Below are positions 41,961 to 52,001 of a DNA stretch of 64,000 nt, in pieces. Both the position numbers and the translations under genes were made by a program. How positions within the stretch are numbered: position 1 is the first letter of the stretch; every line of letters starts with the position of its first letter. Below the pieces are notes generated by a model. That model worked only from the letters and a program-made list of their open reading frames with translations. It was not told where the DNA came from and made no database searches. The stretch comes from Candidatus Omnitrophota bacterium (GTDB lineage Bacteria > Omnitrophota > Gorgyraeia > Gygaellales > Profunditerraquicolaceae), in contig JAUYBI010000068.1 in the NCBI GenBank assembly GCA_030693145.1, positions 16,374 to 80,373 of the forward strand, in the 5' to 3' direction.

Positions 41961-42647
41961 TTATTCACGGGGTTCTTGTTCTGCTTCCAGTTTTATCTGA
42001 TGCTGCCAGATGAAAAAGAATCCGGCGCCTAAAATACCAAGAAATATAACAATGAATAAAATAATCTTCCAGGTAAATTTGGCTAATCCTTTAGGTGCGA
42101 CTTCTGACAAAAGGGTCTTTGCGGCTACCAAATCAGCCTTGGCGGAATTAAGCAAACTCAAACTATTGCGATAATTAGAAATTTTATAATCCGGACCGAC
42201 AGATGACAGATCTTGCATAGCCTCTGCCTCTTTTAATTTATTATCTACCCCATCATAGAGCGGTTTGGCGCGGTCATAATAATCTGTTTTCTTGAATTCA
42301 TCCAAGATTGCTTTAGCATCCTGACGCATTATTGCTATCTGGGTTGGATCAATCACCCAAACATCTTTAATCTCTATTTCTTTTTCTAATTTCTCTTTGG
42401 GCTCAAGCAAATATTCACCGAAAACATAATAACTCCCTTGTTGGGCGTCATAAGCAATCTCAAGGTCGCCTTTATAAAGAACATCTTCGGGTTTTACTTC
42501 TAAAGGAAGGTAAACTTTAATCGGAACTGTTTTATCTGAATCAGCGGGATTTACAGCTATAAGACGCATAGTAATTCCAGCTTGGGCGGGTATGCAAAAT
42601 AACAAACCAAAAACAAAAAACAGAAAAGCAAACTTCCTAATTTTCAT
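41961..42647 (-). CDS. Signal-peptide protein with a C-terminal transmembrane anchor, hypothetical; immediately downstream of the giant surface protein
   Basis: 228 aa. N-terminal signal peptide with AQAG cleavage context. C-terminal TM segment KIILFIVIFLGILGAGFFFIW. Confidence 0.5.
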   Translation of the reverse strand: MKIRKFAFLFFVFGLLFCIPAQAGITMRLIAVNPADSDKTVPIKVYLPLEVKPEDVLYKGDLEIAYDAQQGSYYVFGEYLLEPKEKLEKEIEIKDVWVIDPTQIAIMRQDAKAILDEFKKTDYYDRAKPLYDGVDNKLKEAEAMQDLSSVGPDYKISNYRNSLSLLNSAKADLVAAKTLLSEVAPKGLAKFTWKIILFIVIFLGILGAGFFFIWQHQIKLEAEQEPRE

Positions 42648-42695
42648 ACTTATACGCGCTGCATACCGTAACTATGGTTGAACTAAAGTATAAAT

Positions 42696-45600
42696 TTATT
42701 TAAATTCAAACCAGCTCTGCACAACAGGTTTCTTATTCTGGTCTTCAATCAACTTTTTATTAATTTCCATGGCCGCTTTTAACTCTTCAGACTTATTCTT
42801 AATGTAAGTTATATCATTATTTTTATCTTTGGAAACTTCATAAAGTTTTTCAAGGTTAATCCCTTTTGTCCCGCCGATATCCTCAATCTGCTTGCTTATC
42901 GCCTCCAGCTGTTTAAAAGCGCTGGCCAGATCATCTACCGCGTTCTTGGTATCTCCGAGTTTACCGGCAATATCTTTACTAATCTTAGTCAATAGTTTAT
43001 CCATATCATTAAACTGTAAACCTATTGTTTCAGCAACATTCTTTAATCCGCTTATACCGGAGGTTGAACCTAAAACCGCAGAAACCTGCCCGGAAACATC
43101 CTCTAAATTAGATTGAGTCACCGTCATCACCAAAGCATCAACAGTACCATTGGTAGACTCGGAACAAATCACAGTAAAAGTGCCTAAGCCCCAACTGGCT
43201 AAAAATGTAACATTATATTCATAAATACCTGCAGCGCCTATCTCTGTCATTCCTTTGTTTGAAAGAAGCAGGACGTCCTTAGGGCTGTAAATGTTTAAAA
43301 CAGGAGCTAAGCCGGTAACAGTACGGTAACGTATGGTCATCTTTCCACCCTGTTTAATCGTCGTTTCGCTGTTAAGAATCCCCGAGGTTATATGCGGCTT
43401 AATCTTGGTAGCAATGTTATCCGTTATCGCTGTTTGTGCTGTGGTTATCTGCGCAGGTATGGCGGTAGTAGTAGTTAAAATCTGCCCTGCTTGAGCACTT
43501 ACTTGCGCAACCTTTGCCTGAGTAGCCGCAGCCGTAGACTCTATTTTCGACGTCAGTTGCGACCTGGTAAGAGCCCCTTCAGAGGCAACCGAAGCCGCAA
43601 TCTGCCCGGCCAGAGTATTTAAAGTTGACATTACCGAGATAGTAAAATCATTGGCCGCCGAATACGTGACATTCGTTGATAAATCGACTCCGCCGTAGAG
43701 AATAGTCATTTTGGCAAAATAATTCCTGCCCCTGACAAAACCCTTTGCCGCTACGGCATTATCAATATTAAAATAATAATTGCTGTTTGCATCAGTCACA
43801 GCCAATGAAGCGGTATATTTAGGATTAACCGCGTCGGAACTATCGAAGATCTTCAAAGTGCTGGTTTTTAGAGTATTTATGTCATCGCTGGTAATCTGCT
43901 TACCTCTTTTCTCCAGCCGCACCAAGCCAGTTATCCGGTCATTAGCTTCATCGTAGACAAAGTTACTTAATACTTTGTAATCCGCCAGAGATTCAGCAGT
44001 GGACATAAGAAACACGGTCCAGCTAATATTATTGTCGTACGCGCCATCAACCGCATCCGCGGAGACATTCGCAGTCTTATCAACTGTACTCTCTACGTAT
44101 GCGGTTTTATTAAAATTAAAACTATAATTTCCGTAAGGCAAATTAAACGAAAATGGGCTATTACCGATTATCGGGTTGGTAAGGCCGGTGACTAATTGTC
44201 CGGTGTTTGAATCAATAATCTTAAGCGTAAGTTCGGTCAATGGGCTGCCATTTACCGAATCAAATGCTTTCATTGTAATCGCATATTTTTCTACTACGGT
44301 TACATTATTAGATGCGCCGCTGGCGGTAACTCCAGCGGCAGTGGCATTTAAGGTAACTATCCCCGGATAAACTGCGCAATACACCGCAAGATTATCAAAA
44401 GTCGCTATACCGGATACCGTTGCCACTTGAGCAGTTGCTCCCGCTCTCAAAGTGCCTCCAGTAGGGGCAACCGTTAGATTAATTGCGCTGGGAGCGATAT
44501 TTCCATAAGTATCAACTACACTCACTTTAAACGAAGACCACGGCGCGTTAGCCACCACTGTAGCCACCGGTTGAGTATTCCAAGAAAGTTTACTTGCAGC
44601 GCCGCCGGTAACTACCACAGCTAAGGCATCTGCATCTGGAGTGGTAATTACAGCATCTGAGGTCTTTGTTTTAATAGCCGCGCTTTCAGCTTTATATAAC
44701 TTCATCGTTATAGTCGAAATGCTCTGCCCTGAGGTAAAATTCACCAGCGTAATATTTCCAAATGCTATATCTACCGCCGAATAGTTTGTGCAAGTAGGAT
44801 TATAAGTAGTGCCTCCGCTTGTCGCGGAATTGGCGCCGCTAAAGATTATCTCTTTTACACCGCTATAGTCCGTGTCTAGGTTATTGTTGATATCTGTTGC
44901 TTTAGTAGTTACAGTGCTGCTTGCTCCGGCAGCCACAATAGCGCTGTCTCCGCTAACCATAAATTTAGTAACTGTTACATCAACAACCAAAGAACTGGTT
45001 ATTGCGCCGGCAGCGGCAAATGCTGAACCGGGAGAATCTACGGTAAGGTTAGCAGTGGGGTTAACGCTAAAAGCAATGGCCTTTCCGTCTGCTCCCACAG
45101 GCAAAGTTTGATTGAGGTAAACGCTTAAAGTGTAAGTCTTGCTTTGCCCATCAGGCACAGAAGAAATTATGCTGGTGCCGGTTCCAAAAGTTAAAGCGTC
45201 ATTTGTGATTGTGCCCATTATCGAAGTGGTGCCGTCGGATATGGCGGCTCCGGCAATATAACTCTGCCAACCGCCGGTGGTATCCGTGGCAGTGTTTCTG
45301 GCAATTACAATCTGTTTAAGCTTTGTCGCGTATCCGTCTGAACCGGCATCAGTAACCTTAAAATCAAAAACCTGCAACTTCGCCGCATCAGTATAGATTA
45401 AGGAAGATATACTGGTTGGTTTGACTAACGGGCCGGTTGCGATGGCAGTATCCGCGCCAACCTTAAAGGTTATCTGATAAGAATATATATCCGGCGCCAG
45501 ATTTCCCATTGAATGCGCCTTTAAATATATGCTTTCCGGATAACTATATTTTATCCCGCTAAAAGTTGCCACGCCGTTTACTAGAACCACTGCTAGAGAA

Positions 45601-48600
45601 TCACCGCTTAATGTTCCGTTGGTAACTGGAGTATAAGTTCCGCTGGTAAGCGAAGGAAGCAAGCTAATCTGGTCAGAAACTGAGGTAACCGCATTACCAT
45701 ACTGATCAGCCACATTAACTTTTGGCTGCGCGGGTAAAGCAATATTGGTAAAAGGATTTGTAGAGGGTTGTTGAGAAAACCAGAGTTTGCCCATCGCTGC
45801 TGCTTGCATAGTAATTGAATTAGAAGCGATATTTGCTCCCGTTAAATCAGCAGCGTTTGCCGTAATCGTAGTAGATTGAGCGCGATACAAAGTAACGCTC
45901 AAAGCCGCTGACACACCGTTAGTAAAACTAACCGGGTTAGTTGGCCAGAGATCGGTCGCGGAGCCGTCAGGGGCATTGGTTAAGCCGCTTAAAACATAGC
46001 TGATAGTTTTACTTCCGGTGTAGGCTGCGCCTCCGTTTGCTCCGTCACATAAGTTATTATATAAATCCACGGCATTTAACGCCCCTAAACTAATAGCGGT
46101 GCCAACTGTAGCTCCATTAACCGTTCCGGAAAATTTCAAATGGTCTGCCGTATTATGTTTAACCACAAATCCCAAGGCCTGGGCATTAGATGTAGTCACC
46201 GGCAGAGCACTTGTCTTAATCAACACACTCTCTGCCTTATATAATTTTAAAGTAGCAGTAGCTGCGCCATTGGTAAAAGTAAGCAAAGTATCCGCGCCAA
46301 AATTTATATCATTACTAAGATTATTTGAAGAGGTTGGCGAATTACTTGAAGGCGCAAGTGATGCATTGGCTCCGGAAAATACTATTGCCACATCGCTATT
46401 TAAATTTGTCTTTACGTTATCATATGCATCATAAGCAGTAATCGTAATCGGCCGGGAACTACCTGCAGTCAATGTGGTGGTTGAGCCGGTAATTGCAAAG
46501 TGGTCAAGGCCCGCGGCAAGAATATTTATAGACGCCGAAGATGAGCTCACGTTCAAACTATCACCTGCGCTGCGCGCTGCGGTAATAGCCGGAAGCCCGA
46601 TGGCAGTATCTTTGTAATAGAAAGCCGCGCTGCTTGCGCCTGAGGCTACCGTTATACTGCTAATGCTGATGGTGCCTGCGCTATCGCTATAAAAACTCCC
46701 GGTAGCAACGTTGCTGGTAAGAAGAAATGCAGTGGCGGTTACGGCATTTGTAAGATTATCATAGGAATCCTTGATTATCGCGGAAAACGCCGTAGAAACT
46801 ACTCCGGCGTTGCTTGAGCCCGGGCCGCTTAAGACTACTTTATAAGGAACTCCGGCTAAACCGGTAGCGGTAAAATTAACCGAGGTTAATCCGGCATAGC
46901 TTACCGTCACCACATAATCACCTGTTTTATTTCCTAGAGTAAGCACTGTTTGTGCCTGGCCATTTGCGTCAGTAGTAGCTGAAGTAACTGACAATACCTG
47001 GCCCGTTGCTCCGGTAGGAACGGAAGAAATTGCAAAAGTTACGGTTTCATTCGGGATAGCCACATTACCTGCGCCAACGAGTTTAACTACCAAGGGGTCA
47101 GTTAAAATAAGGGCAACTGTTTTAGACTGGCTATCTCCGCTGATTTTATTTAACGTTGAAGGCGTAACTGCTATGCTAGTAAAGGTTATTGGCGAGCCGG
47201 TAAGCCCGGTAGAAGTTGCTGTTACTTGATATTGGCCTGCAGTATTTCCTAAAGTAAGCGTGGTCTGTGCCTGGCCGCTTGCATCAGTGGTGGCTGAAGT
47301 AACCGACAATACCTGGCCGGTTGCTCCGCCAGGCACAGAGGAAATTGCAAAAGTTACGCTTGCGCCGGAAACCGCGTTGCCATAAGCATCTTTGACAGTT
47401 ACGACAAAGGGATTGGCTAAAGCAACAGAGACTTTTCCACTTTGGCTATCCCCGCTGGCAAGACTCATATTCGCAGCGCTGGCAGAAGGCGCAGTTACGG
47501 TTACTGTCAGAGGAAATACCGCATAACTCTGCCCTACTTCGGAAACGGAAAACGAAGCGGTTTCTGCCTTGTAAGCAGTCAAGGTAGCTCCATTTGCCAG
47601 AGATACACCGCCGGGAGAAATCGGAAAATTAATTGTTGTATTATAACCAAGGGTAACGCCATTCATCGCAGGATTATTACCACCTATACTAGCTAATCCT
47701 GAAAATATAAATGTATGATTATTGATGTAATCCTTATCAATATTTTTATTAGCGTCTGTTGCTCTCACCGTGAGATTTACCGGCGAACCAGCGGCAACAC
47801 TAATCGAGGAATTTCCGGTAGCTTGCCCTACAACCTCTAAGTAAGACACAACCACGGTAATTGTGCCGGTTACCGTAGTCACCTTACTGGTATTCGCGCT
47901 CATTTGCGTAGAAACCCCCGTATCGGTTCCTATGCCTGTTTCATTTATGCCAAATGTATAAGTTTGTCCTTCTGTGGCAGTCAGTTTTCCGGGTTTCATA
48001 TAGATATAAACTGTAAACTCGATAGCCGTATTATCGGCTATCGAATACAAATCCGCAATTGAGTTACTATTCGGGGTAATGCCAAAGGTAATTGTAGAAT
48101 TGGTAATTGCCGGCCCTGTGGCTGTAGCCACCTGAGTTGCTCCCTGATACAATCCCGCCCAGGCAATATCTGTCGCGGCATTGCCGCCGGTGCCGCCTAC
48201 GGTTAGCTGAATTCTATCAATCTGCGTCGGAACCGAATCTGTGCCTGTATCTTTAACCTTAAAACTTAATACCGCGAATTTATTCGCCAATTCGCTGTTG
48301 GTAGGAGCAAGGTTAAAATTAGTTACCGGCACAGCAGCTAACTCTACCGTAGAGTCGCTGGCAGTAGAAAAAGTAATCCCGGTGGAAAATACCGGCTGAA
48401 GAGTTCCGCTCTGGGCATAAAGATAGATTACTCCGGTAGTATTATACTTTACACCGCTGAAATTCGCCTGGCCGGCTATTGCTGAAAGAGGATTAGCGGC
48501 AGCCGCTAATGTCCCCGGAGCAGCAGTATAAACTGAATTAGATGTTGAGGCATAAAGCGTTATCGGGTCAGTATCAGTTGTCTGATTACCGTAAGCATCC

Positions 48601-50000
48601 TGGATAGCCACTATCGGCTGGCTAGCCAGAACATTATTTATTGCAGCAGTAGAAGGCGGCTGTTGTTTAAAAGCCAATTTTGCCTTTGTGCCGGGGTTAA
48701 CTGTAGTTGTTCCGGTGGCAGTAGATGGCGTCATTGTGTCTCCGGCGCTTCTGGTTGCGGTAATTGTGGGCGTGCCGGTTTTAGTATCTTTGTAGTAGAA
48801 GGTTGCGTTGCTTGTGCCTGCCCCGATGGTTACGCTGGTAATTGTCGTTGTGCCTGCTGCATCGCTATAAAAGGTAACTGTGCCGGTTGAGTTAGAAGAA
48901 AGCGAGAACGTCGTAGCTAAAGTAACATTGGCGCCGGTATTGCCATAAATATCCATACCAGTAATGGTAAAAGCGCCTGAAACAGTTCCGGCAATTACCG
49001 AAACCGAACTTGAAATACTTGCCCTAGAAGCAGCTGCAGCGTTAAAAGTTATGGGCAGGGATGTGCCGGTCATCGAAGTATATGTGGCAGTAACCGTAAC
49101 ATTTTCGGATTCAGTGTCGGTTAAGGTAACCGCAGCCGCGCCGTTAGTAAAATCCACTGCTGTTAAAGAGCTCTTGTTCAGAGCAGCAGAGTCAACCACG
49201 GTTCCTCCTGTTTCAGCTTTGGTTACACTTACGCTAGTGGCAGGACTATAAACAGTAATAGTATTGCCGGCTGAATCTTTGGCAGTAATCGTTACTGTCT
49301 GATTCTGGCCTGCAATTGCCTGATAAGTCGGATGCGTTACTAAAAAATAGTCGGTGTTAGCGCTACTTAGAAGGATATCGCCAGAGGCAAATGAAAAGTA
49401 TCCATCATAACTGCCTCCGGCAAAAAGAACACCTGCGCTTGAAATAATTTGGATTGTTTTATTATCTTTTATATAGCTTACGCCTGTATTATAAATATCC
49501 AATCCTAAATAATCTGCTGATGCGGCAGCGGTAAAGCTGGTAAAAGAAAGCCCTCCGACAGTAATATATTCGCTTGCTATAAAATTAGAGGTAACATTTA
49601 AGACTAATATTTGGCCTGAACCCTCATAAGTTACCACGGTGCTTACTTTAGCAGAAGCAGTGCCGCTAATGGTGGCAGTAGTTTTAGTGGTATCCCAGAG
49701 CATACCAAAGCCCGAGGGAATTCTTATCCTTAAATCGTTAATCGCAGTAATGGCTCCGCCGGTAGAATCAGTTATGGTTATGCTGGAGATAGCCGTAGAC
49801 GCCTGGCCAACTACAAAACTCTGATTAGCAGCAGCCGAAGAAATAGTTACGTTAGGCCCGCCAAGATTAAGGTCAACAGAGACGCCTGAGCCATAGCCGT
49901 CGTAACTGCCGCCGGTGTAGTCGGCAAAGGCAACGCCTACGCAGGCAAATAACAGCGCAACCGTCAGCACTACCTTATTCAGCGTATTAAACTTCATCAT
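42696..50000 (-). CDS. Giant (2434 aa) secreted surface protein with many bacterial Ig-like (Big_1/invasin-type) repeats and a C-terminal coiled-coil region
   Basis: Signal peptide MMKFNTLNKVVLTVALLFACVGVAFA. T/S/A/G-rich beta repeats including repeated GQVLSVTSATTDA(S/N)GQAQT(T/V)LTLGN units. The last ~300 aa are K/E-rich and heptad-like. RBS agaggtgg lies 5 nt before the ATG. Only a 12-nt gap separates it from the DGR RT stop. Confidence 0.8.
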   Translation of the reverse strand: MMKFNTLNKVVLTVALLFACVGVAFADYTGGSYDGYGSGVSVDLNLGGPNVTISSAAANQSFVVGQASTAISSITITDSTGGAITAINDLRIRIPSGFGMLWDTTKTTATISGTASAKVSTVVTYEGSGQILVLNVTSNFIASEYITVGGLSFTSFTAAASADYLGLDIYNTGVSYIKDNKTIQIISSAGVLFAGGSYDGYFSFASGDILLSSANTDYFLVTHPTYQAIAGQNQTVTITAKDSAGNTITVYSPATSVSVTKAETGGTVVDSAALNKSSLTAVDFTNGAAAVTLTDTESENVTVTATYTSMTGTSLPITFNAAAASRASISSSVSVIAGTVSGAFTITGMDIYGNTGANVTLATTFSLSSNSTGTVTFYSDAAGTTTITSVTIGAGTSNATFYYKDTKTGTPTITATRSAGDTMTPSTATGTTTVNPGTKAKLAFKQQPPSTAAINNVLASQPIVAIQDAYGNQTTDTDPITLYASTSNSVYTAAPGTLAAAANPLSAIAGQANFSGVKYNTTGVIYLYAQSGTLQPVFSTGITFSTASDSTVELAAVPVTNFNLAPTNSELANKFAVLSFKVKDTGTDSVPTQIDRIQLTVGGTGGNAATDIAWAGLYQGATQVATATGPAITNSTITFGITPNSNSIADLYSIADNTAIEFTVYIYMKPGKLTATEGQTYTFGINETGIGTDTGVSTQMSANTSKVTTVTGTITVVVSYLEVVGQATGNSSISVAAGSPVNLTVRATDANKNIDKDYINNHTFIFSGLASIGGNNPAMNGVTLGYNTTINFPISPGGVSLANGATLTAYKAETASFSVSEVGQSYAVFPLTVTVTAPSASAANMSLASGDSQSGKVSVALANPFVVTVKDAYGNAVSGASVTFAISSVPGGATGQVLSVTSATTDASGQAQTTLTLGNTAGQYQVTATSTGLTGSPITFTSIAVTPSTLNKISGDSQSKTVALILTDPLVVKLVGAGNVAIPNETVTFAISSVPTGATGQVLSVTSATTDANGQAQTVLTLGNKTGDYVVTVSYAGLTSVNFTATGLAGVPYKVVLSGPGSSNAGVVSTAFSAIIKDSYDNLTNAVTATAFLLTSNVATGSFYSDSAGTISISSITVASGASSAAFYYKDTAIGLPAITAARSAGDSLNVSSSSASINILAAGLDHFAITGSTTTLTAGSSRPITITAYDAYDNVKTNLNSDVAIVFSGANASLAPSSNSPTSSNNLSNDINFGADTLLTFTNGAATATLKLYKAESVLIKTSALPVTTSNAQALGFVVKHNTADHLKFSGTVNGATVGTAISLGALNAVDLYNNLCDGANGGAAYTGSKTISYVLSGLTNAPDGSATDLWPTNPVSFTNGVSAALSVTLYRAQSTTITANAADLTGANIASNSITMQAAAMGKLWFSQQPSTNPFTNIALPAQPKVNVADQYGNAVTSVSDQISLLPSLTSGTYTPVTNGTLSGDSLAVVLVNGVATFSGIKYSYPESIYLKAHSMGNLAPDIYSYQITFKVGADTAIATGPLVKPTSISSLIYTDAAKLQVFDFKVTDAGSDGYATKLKQIVIARNTATDTTGGWQSYIAGAAISDGTTSIMGTITNDALTFGTGTSIISSVPDGQSKTYTLSVYLNQTLPVGADGKAIAFSVNPTANLTVDSPGSAFAAAGAITSSLVVDVTVTKFMVSGDSAIVAAGASSTVTTKATDINNNLDTDYSGVKEIIFSGANSATSGGTTYNPTCTNYSAVDIAFGNITLVNFTSGQSISTITMKLYKAESAAIKTKTSDAVITTPDADALAVVVTGGAASKLSWNTQPVATVVANAPWSSFKVSVVDTYGNIAPSAINLTVAPTGGTLRAGATAQVATVSGIATFDNLAVYCAVYPGIVTLNATAAGVTASGASNNVTVVEKYAITMKAFDSVNGSPLTELTLKIIDSNTGQLVTGLTNPIIGNSPFSFNLPYGNYSFNFNKTAYVESTVDKTANVSADAVDGAYDNNISWTVFLMSTAESLADYKVLSNFVYDEANDRITGLVRLEKRGKQITSDDINTLKTSTLKIFDSSDAVNPKYTASLAVTDANSNYYFNIDNAVAAKGFVRGRNYFAKMTILYGGVDLSTNVTYSAANDFTISVMSTLNTLAGQIAASVASEGALTRSQLTSKIESTAAATQAKVAQVSAQAGQILTTTTAIPAQITTAQTAITDNIATKIKPHITSGILNSETTIKQGGKMTIRYRTVTGLAPVLNIYSPKDVLLLSNKGMTEIGAAGIYEYNVTFLASWGLGTFTVICSESTNGTVDALVMTVTQSNLEDVSGQVSAVLGSTSGISGLKNVAETIGLQFNDMDKLLTKISKDIAGKLGDTKNAVDDLASAFKQLEAISKQIEDIGGTKGINLEKLYEVSKDKNNDITYIKNKSEELKAAMEINKKLIEDQNKKPVVQSWFEFK
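46930..47370 (-). repeat. Near-identical intragenic tandem duplication of about 300 nt (two Big_1 units) inside the giant gene
   Basis: gaagtaactgacaatacctggcc ... ggaagaaattgcaaaagttacg recurs about 300 nt apart with few differences. Confidence 0.7.
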
Positions 50001-50012
50001 CCACCTCTGCAG

Positions 50013-51074
50013 TTAATTGGTTAATAAATTTTGCGCCAGATAACCGATACTGCTTTTTTTCCTGGCTAACTCCTTAAAGATACTTCTGCGTAAAGTTGCG
50101 GTGTTAGCGTATTTACTGTGCGCTGCCCAGCAACGCAGAGAGTCCCTGACCGCGGCCTTTGTAATTTTGCCGCTGGCAAATAAAAAGTCAAATTTATTGA
50201 GCTGTTTTTTAAAACGTTTCACATTATCGGAAGTAAGCCGGCGATACCCGGAGAACAGCCTAAAGCCCAAAAACTTTATGCCCTCAGACGCAGAATAAAT
50301 CTGCGATTTATCTTGGTGCAGTCGAAGCTCTAAACTGGCGTGCAAAAAATTTCTTATTCTTTCTTTAATCTCAACCAGCCTTATTTTTTCATTGCTAAAA
50401 ATTAAAAAATCATCCATATAGCGCAGATAATACCTTATTCTCAAATCAAATTTTATAAAATAATCCAATTCGTTTAAATAAAGGTTGGCAAAAAACTGGC
50501 TGGTGAGATTACCGATGGGTAAACCTACGCCTAACTGCAGACAGGCAGGCAATGACCTAGCCGAATCAACAATCTCATCCAAAAGCCAGAGGGCGTCTTT
50601 ATCCTCAATCCTCATTCTTAAAATCCCCTTAATGATCCGGTGGTTGATGGAAGGAAAATATTGTTTGATGTCGCCGTGAAAACAAAATTTATTCGCCCGT
50701 AAAAATCCCTGCGCCCTGTCCACCGCCTTATGCGTTCCCTTGTCTTTCCGGCAGGCGTAAGAATCGTAAATAAAAGTCTTATCGATTATCGGCTCAATAA
50801 CATCGTGCACCGCGTGATGCACAACCCTGTCCTTAAAAGGTGCTGCGGCGATATTGCGTTCTTTCGGGTCATAAATTTTAAATAAACGGTATTTCCCATG
50901 GCGATAGGTTTTGCGAAGCAATTCTTTATGCAGAAGGTCAATCTTTTCCTCAAGAAAAAAATTAAAATCCGCCGTTGAATCCCTGTATCGCCTGCCTTTT
51001 GAGGCCATAAAGGCCGAGTGATAAAGATTTTCTTTTGATATTATTTTAGGATAAATATTGTTTATCTTCACCAT
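50013..51074 (-). CDS. Diversity-generating retroelement (DGR) reverse transcriptase
   Basis: 353 aa. RT motifs include NIAAAPFKDRVVHHA, LPIGNLTSQFFANLYLNELD (the DGR-specific I/LGxxxSQ) and YLRYMDDFLIF (YxDD catalytic motif). Lies next to the TR/VR pair. Confidence 0.9.
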   Translation of the reverse strand: MVKINNIYPKIISKENLYHSAFMASKGRRYRDSTADFNFFLEEKIDLLHKELLRKTYRHGKYRLFKIYDPKERNIAAAPFKDRVVHHAVHDVIEPIIDKTFIYDSYACRKDKGTHKAVDRAQGFLRANKFCFHGDIKQYFPSINHRIIKGILRMRIEDKDALWLLDEIVDSARSLPACLQLGVGLPIGNLTSQFFANLYLNELDYFIKFDLRIRYYLRYMDDFLIFSNEKIRLVEIKERIRNFLHASLELRLHQDKSQIYSASEGIKFLGFRLFSGYRRLTSDNVKRFKKQLNKFDFLFASGKITKAAVRDSLRCWAAHSKYANTATLRRSIFKELARKKSSIGYLAQNLLTN

Positions 51075-51142
51075 ATTTTCCTCGTCATTGCGTTATAGTA
51101 GCGGACGTTTAAACGTCCGCTACTGGATTCGTGTAAAACTAA

Positions 51143-51270
51143 AGAGGTTTTGACGGCACGGCCGCCGTTATTGTTGTTCCGATTCGCATTCGTGTTCGCC
51201 GCGTTGTTGCGGTCAGAGGCGCGAGCGTTCGTCGCAGCATTGTTCCAATTGCCGCCGCGATTGCCAGCAC
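51143..51270 (-). repeat. DGR template repeat (TR), about 128 bp
   Basis: Matches the 3' end of the target gene (52008-52136). In my manual alignment all 17 differences are at TR positions that are A on the coding (minus) strand. It is AAC-codon rich on the coding strand. Confidence 0.85.
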
Positions 51271-51375
51271 AACACTTTTACGACGCTGAACCATTTTTTA
51301 AAACCATATCGGGTAGAAACTTACTTCACAACAGGCCTCCGCCCGATATTACTGCGTGTTTTCCCTCCACCTTGT

Positions 51376-51424
51376 GTCATTCCCGCGCATGCGGGAATCT
51401 GATCCCCGCTTTCGCGGGGATGAC
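51376..51424. repeat. Repeat family C copy between TR and avd (gtcattcccgcgcatgcgggaatct gatccccgctttcgcggggatgac)
   Basis: Double-hairpin architecture. The track ORF 51321..51596 is its spurious translation. Confidence 0.8.
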
Positions 51425-51516
51425 GTATAGCGGAGGATGGAAATAGCGTCTGAACCTCTCCAGTTCTAGTTCCGCTCCCGGGGTCCGTAGGCCGCGGGAT
51501 TCTGGAATATATGTCC

Positions 51517-51855
51517 TCAAAGAACAGACATCTTAAGCCAACCGCCAACCATTTTTCCGATTTCAATGGCTGATTGGCAGAAAAAATCATAAGCATTGAT
51601 ATTAACGTACTTCATATCTTTGGCGATTCGCATCATAAAACGTAAAACATCTAATTTCAGATTAATCTTTATTAAGATCTCTCTTTTCTGCTTGGAATAA
51701 TTGGCTTCGATCAGCATTTCCAATATATCCAGCAGGATCCTCTCGATCCTGTCTGCCAGTAAAAATTTCTGATCCTTGGGGAAATTTGCCATTTTGGGCA
51801 GCATCCAGAGGATCAATTTGTAATGCTTTTCCACTACCGGTGTTACTGTTTTCAT
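51517..51855 (-). CDS. avd: DGR accessory variability determinant (Avd-like)
   Basis: 112 aa, basic, predicted helical. Sits between target/VR and TR/RT as in canonical DGRs. The C-terminal IGKMVGGWLK resembles the end of Bordetella phage bAvd (recalled from memory). Confidence 0.7.
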   Translation of the reverse strand: MKTVTPVVEKHYKLILWMLPKMANFPKDQKFLLADRIERILLDILEMLIEANYSKQKREILIKINLKLDVLRFMMRIAKDMKYVNINAYDFFCQSAIEIGKMVGGWLKMSVL

Positions 51856-51875
51856 CTTACAGCCTCATTCCATCC

Positions 51876-51952
51876 GTCATTCCCGTGATCCCTGTCATTC
51901 CCGCGGAAGCGGGAATCTACTTCTTTTAGATCCCCACTTCCGTAGGGATAAC
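51876..51952. repeat. Repeat family C copies (one partial, one full) immediately downstream of the VR and upstream of the avd start
   Basis: gtcattcccgtgatccct then gtcattcccgcggaagcgggaatc ... gatccccacttccgtagggataac. Confidence 0.75.
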
Positions 51953-52001
51953 AACTTACAAATCCTCAAAAGAACAAATAACCAAAGTTCTACAAAACCT
52001 C

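Noticed and set aside
48663-48890. Cys-rich 75-aa + strand ORF
   Set aside because: Antisense to the giant surface-protein gene. Its composition reflects the antisense of the Gly/Ala/Thr codon repeats.
42696-50000. Giant Ig-like protein as a second DGR target
   Set aside because: Its 3' end (42696-42900) encodes a K/E-rich coiled coil, not a CLec fold. I found no stretch resembling the TR core (gacggcacggccgccg...) in the gene.
51150-51596. ORFs 51150..51446 (+) and 51321..51596 (-)
   Set aside because: They overlap the DGR template repeat and a family C repeat. Their sequences (…RHPRESGDQIPACAGMT…) are repeat translations, not genes.
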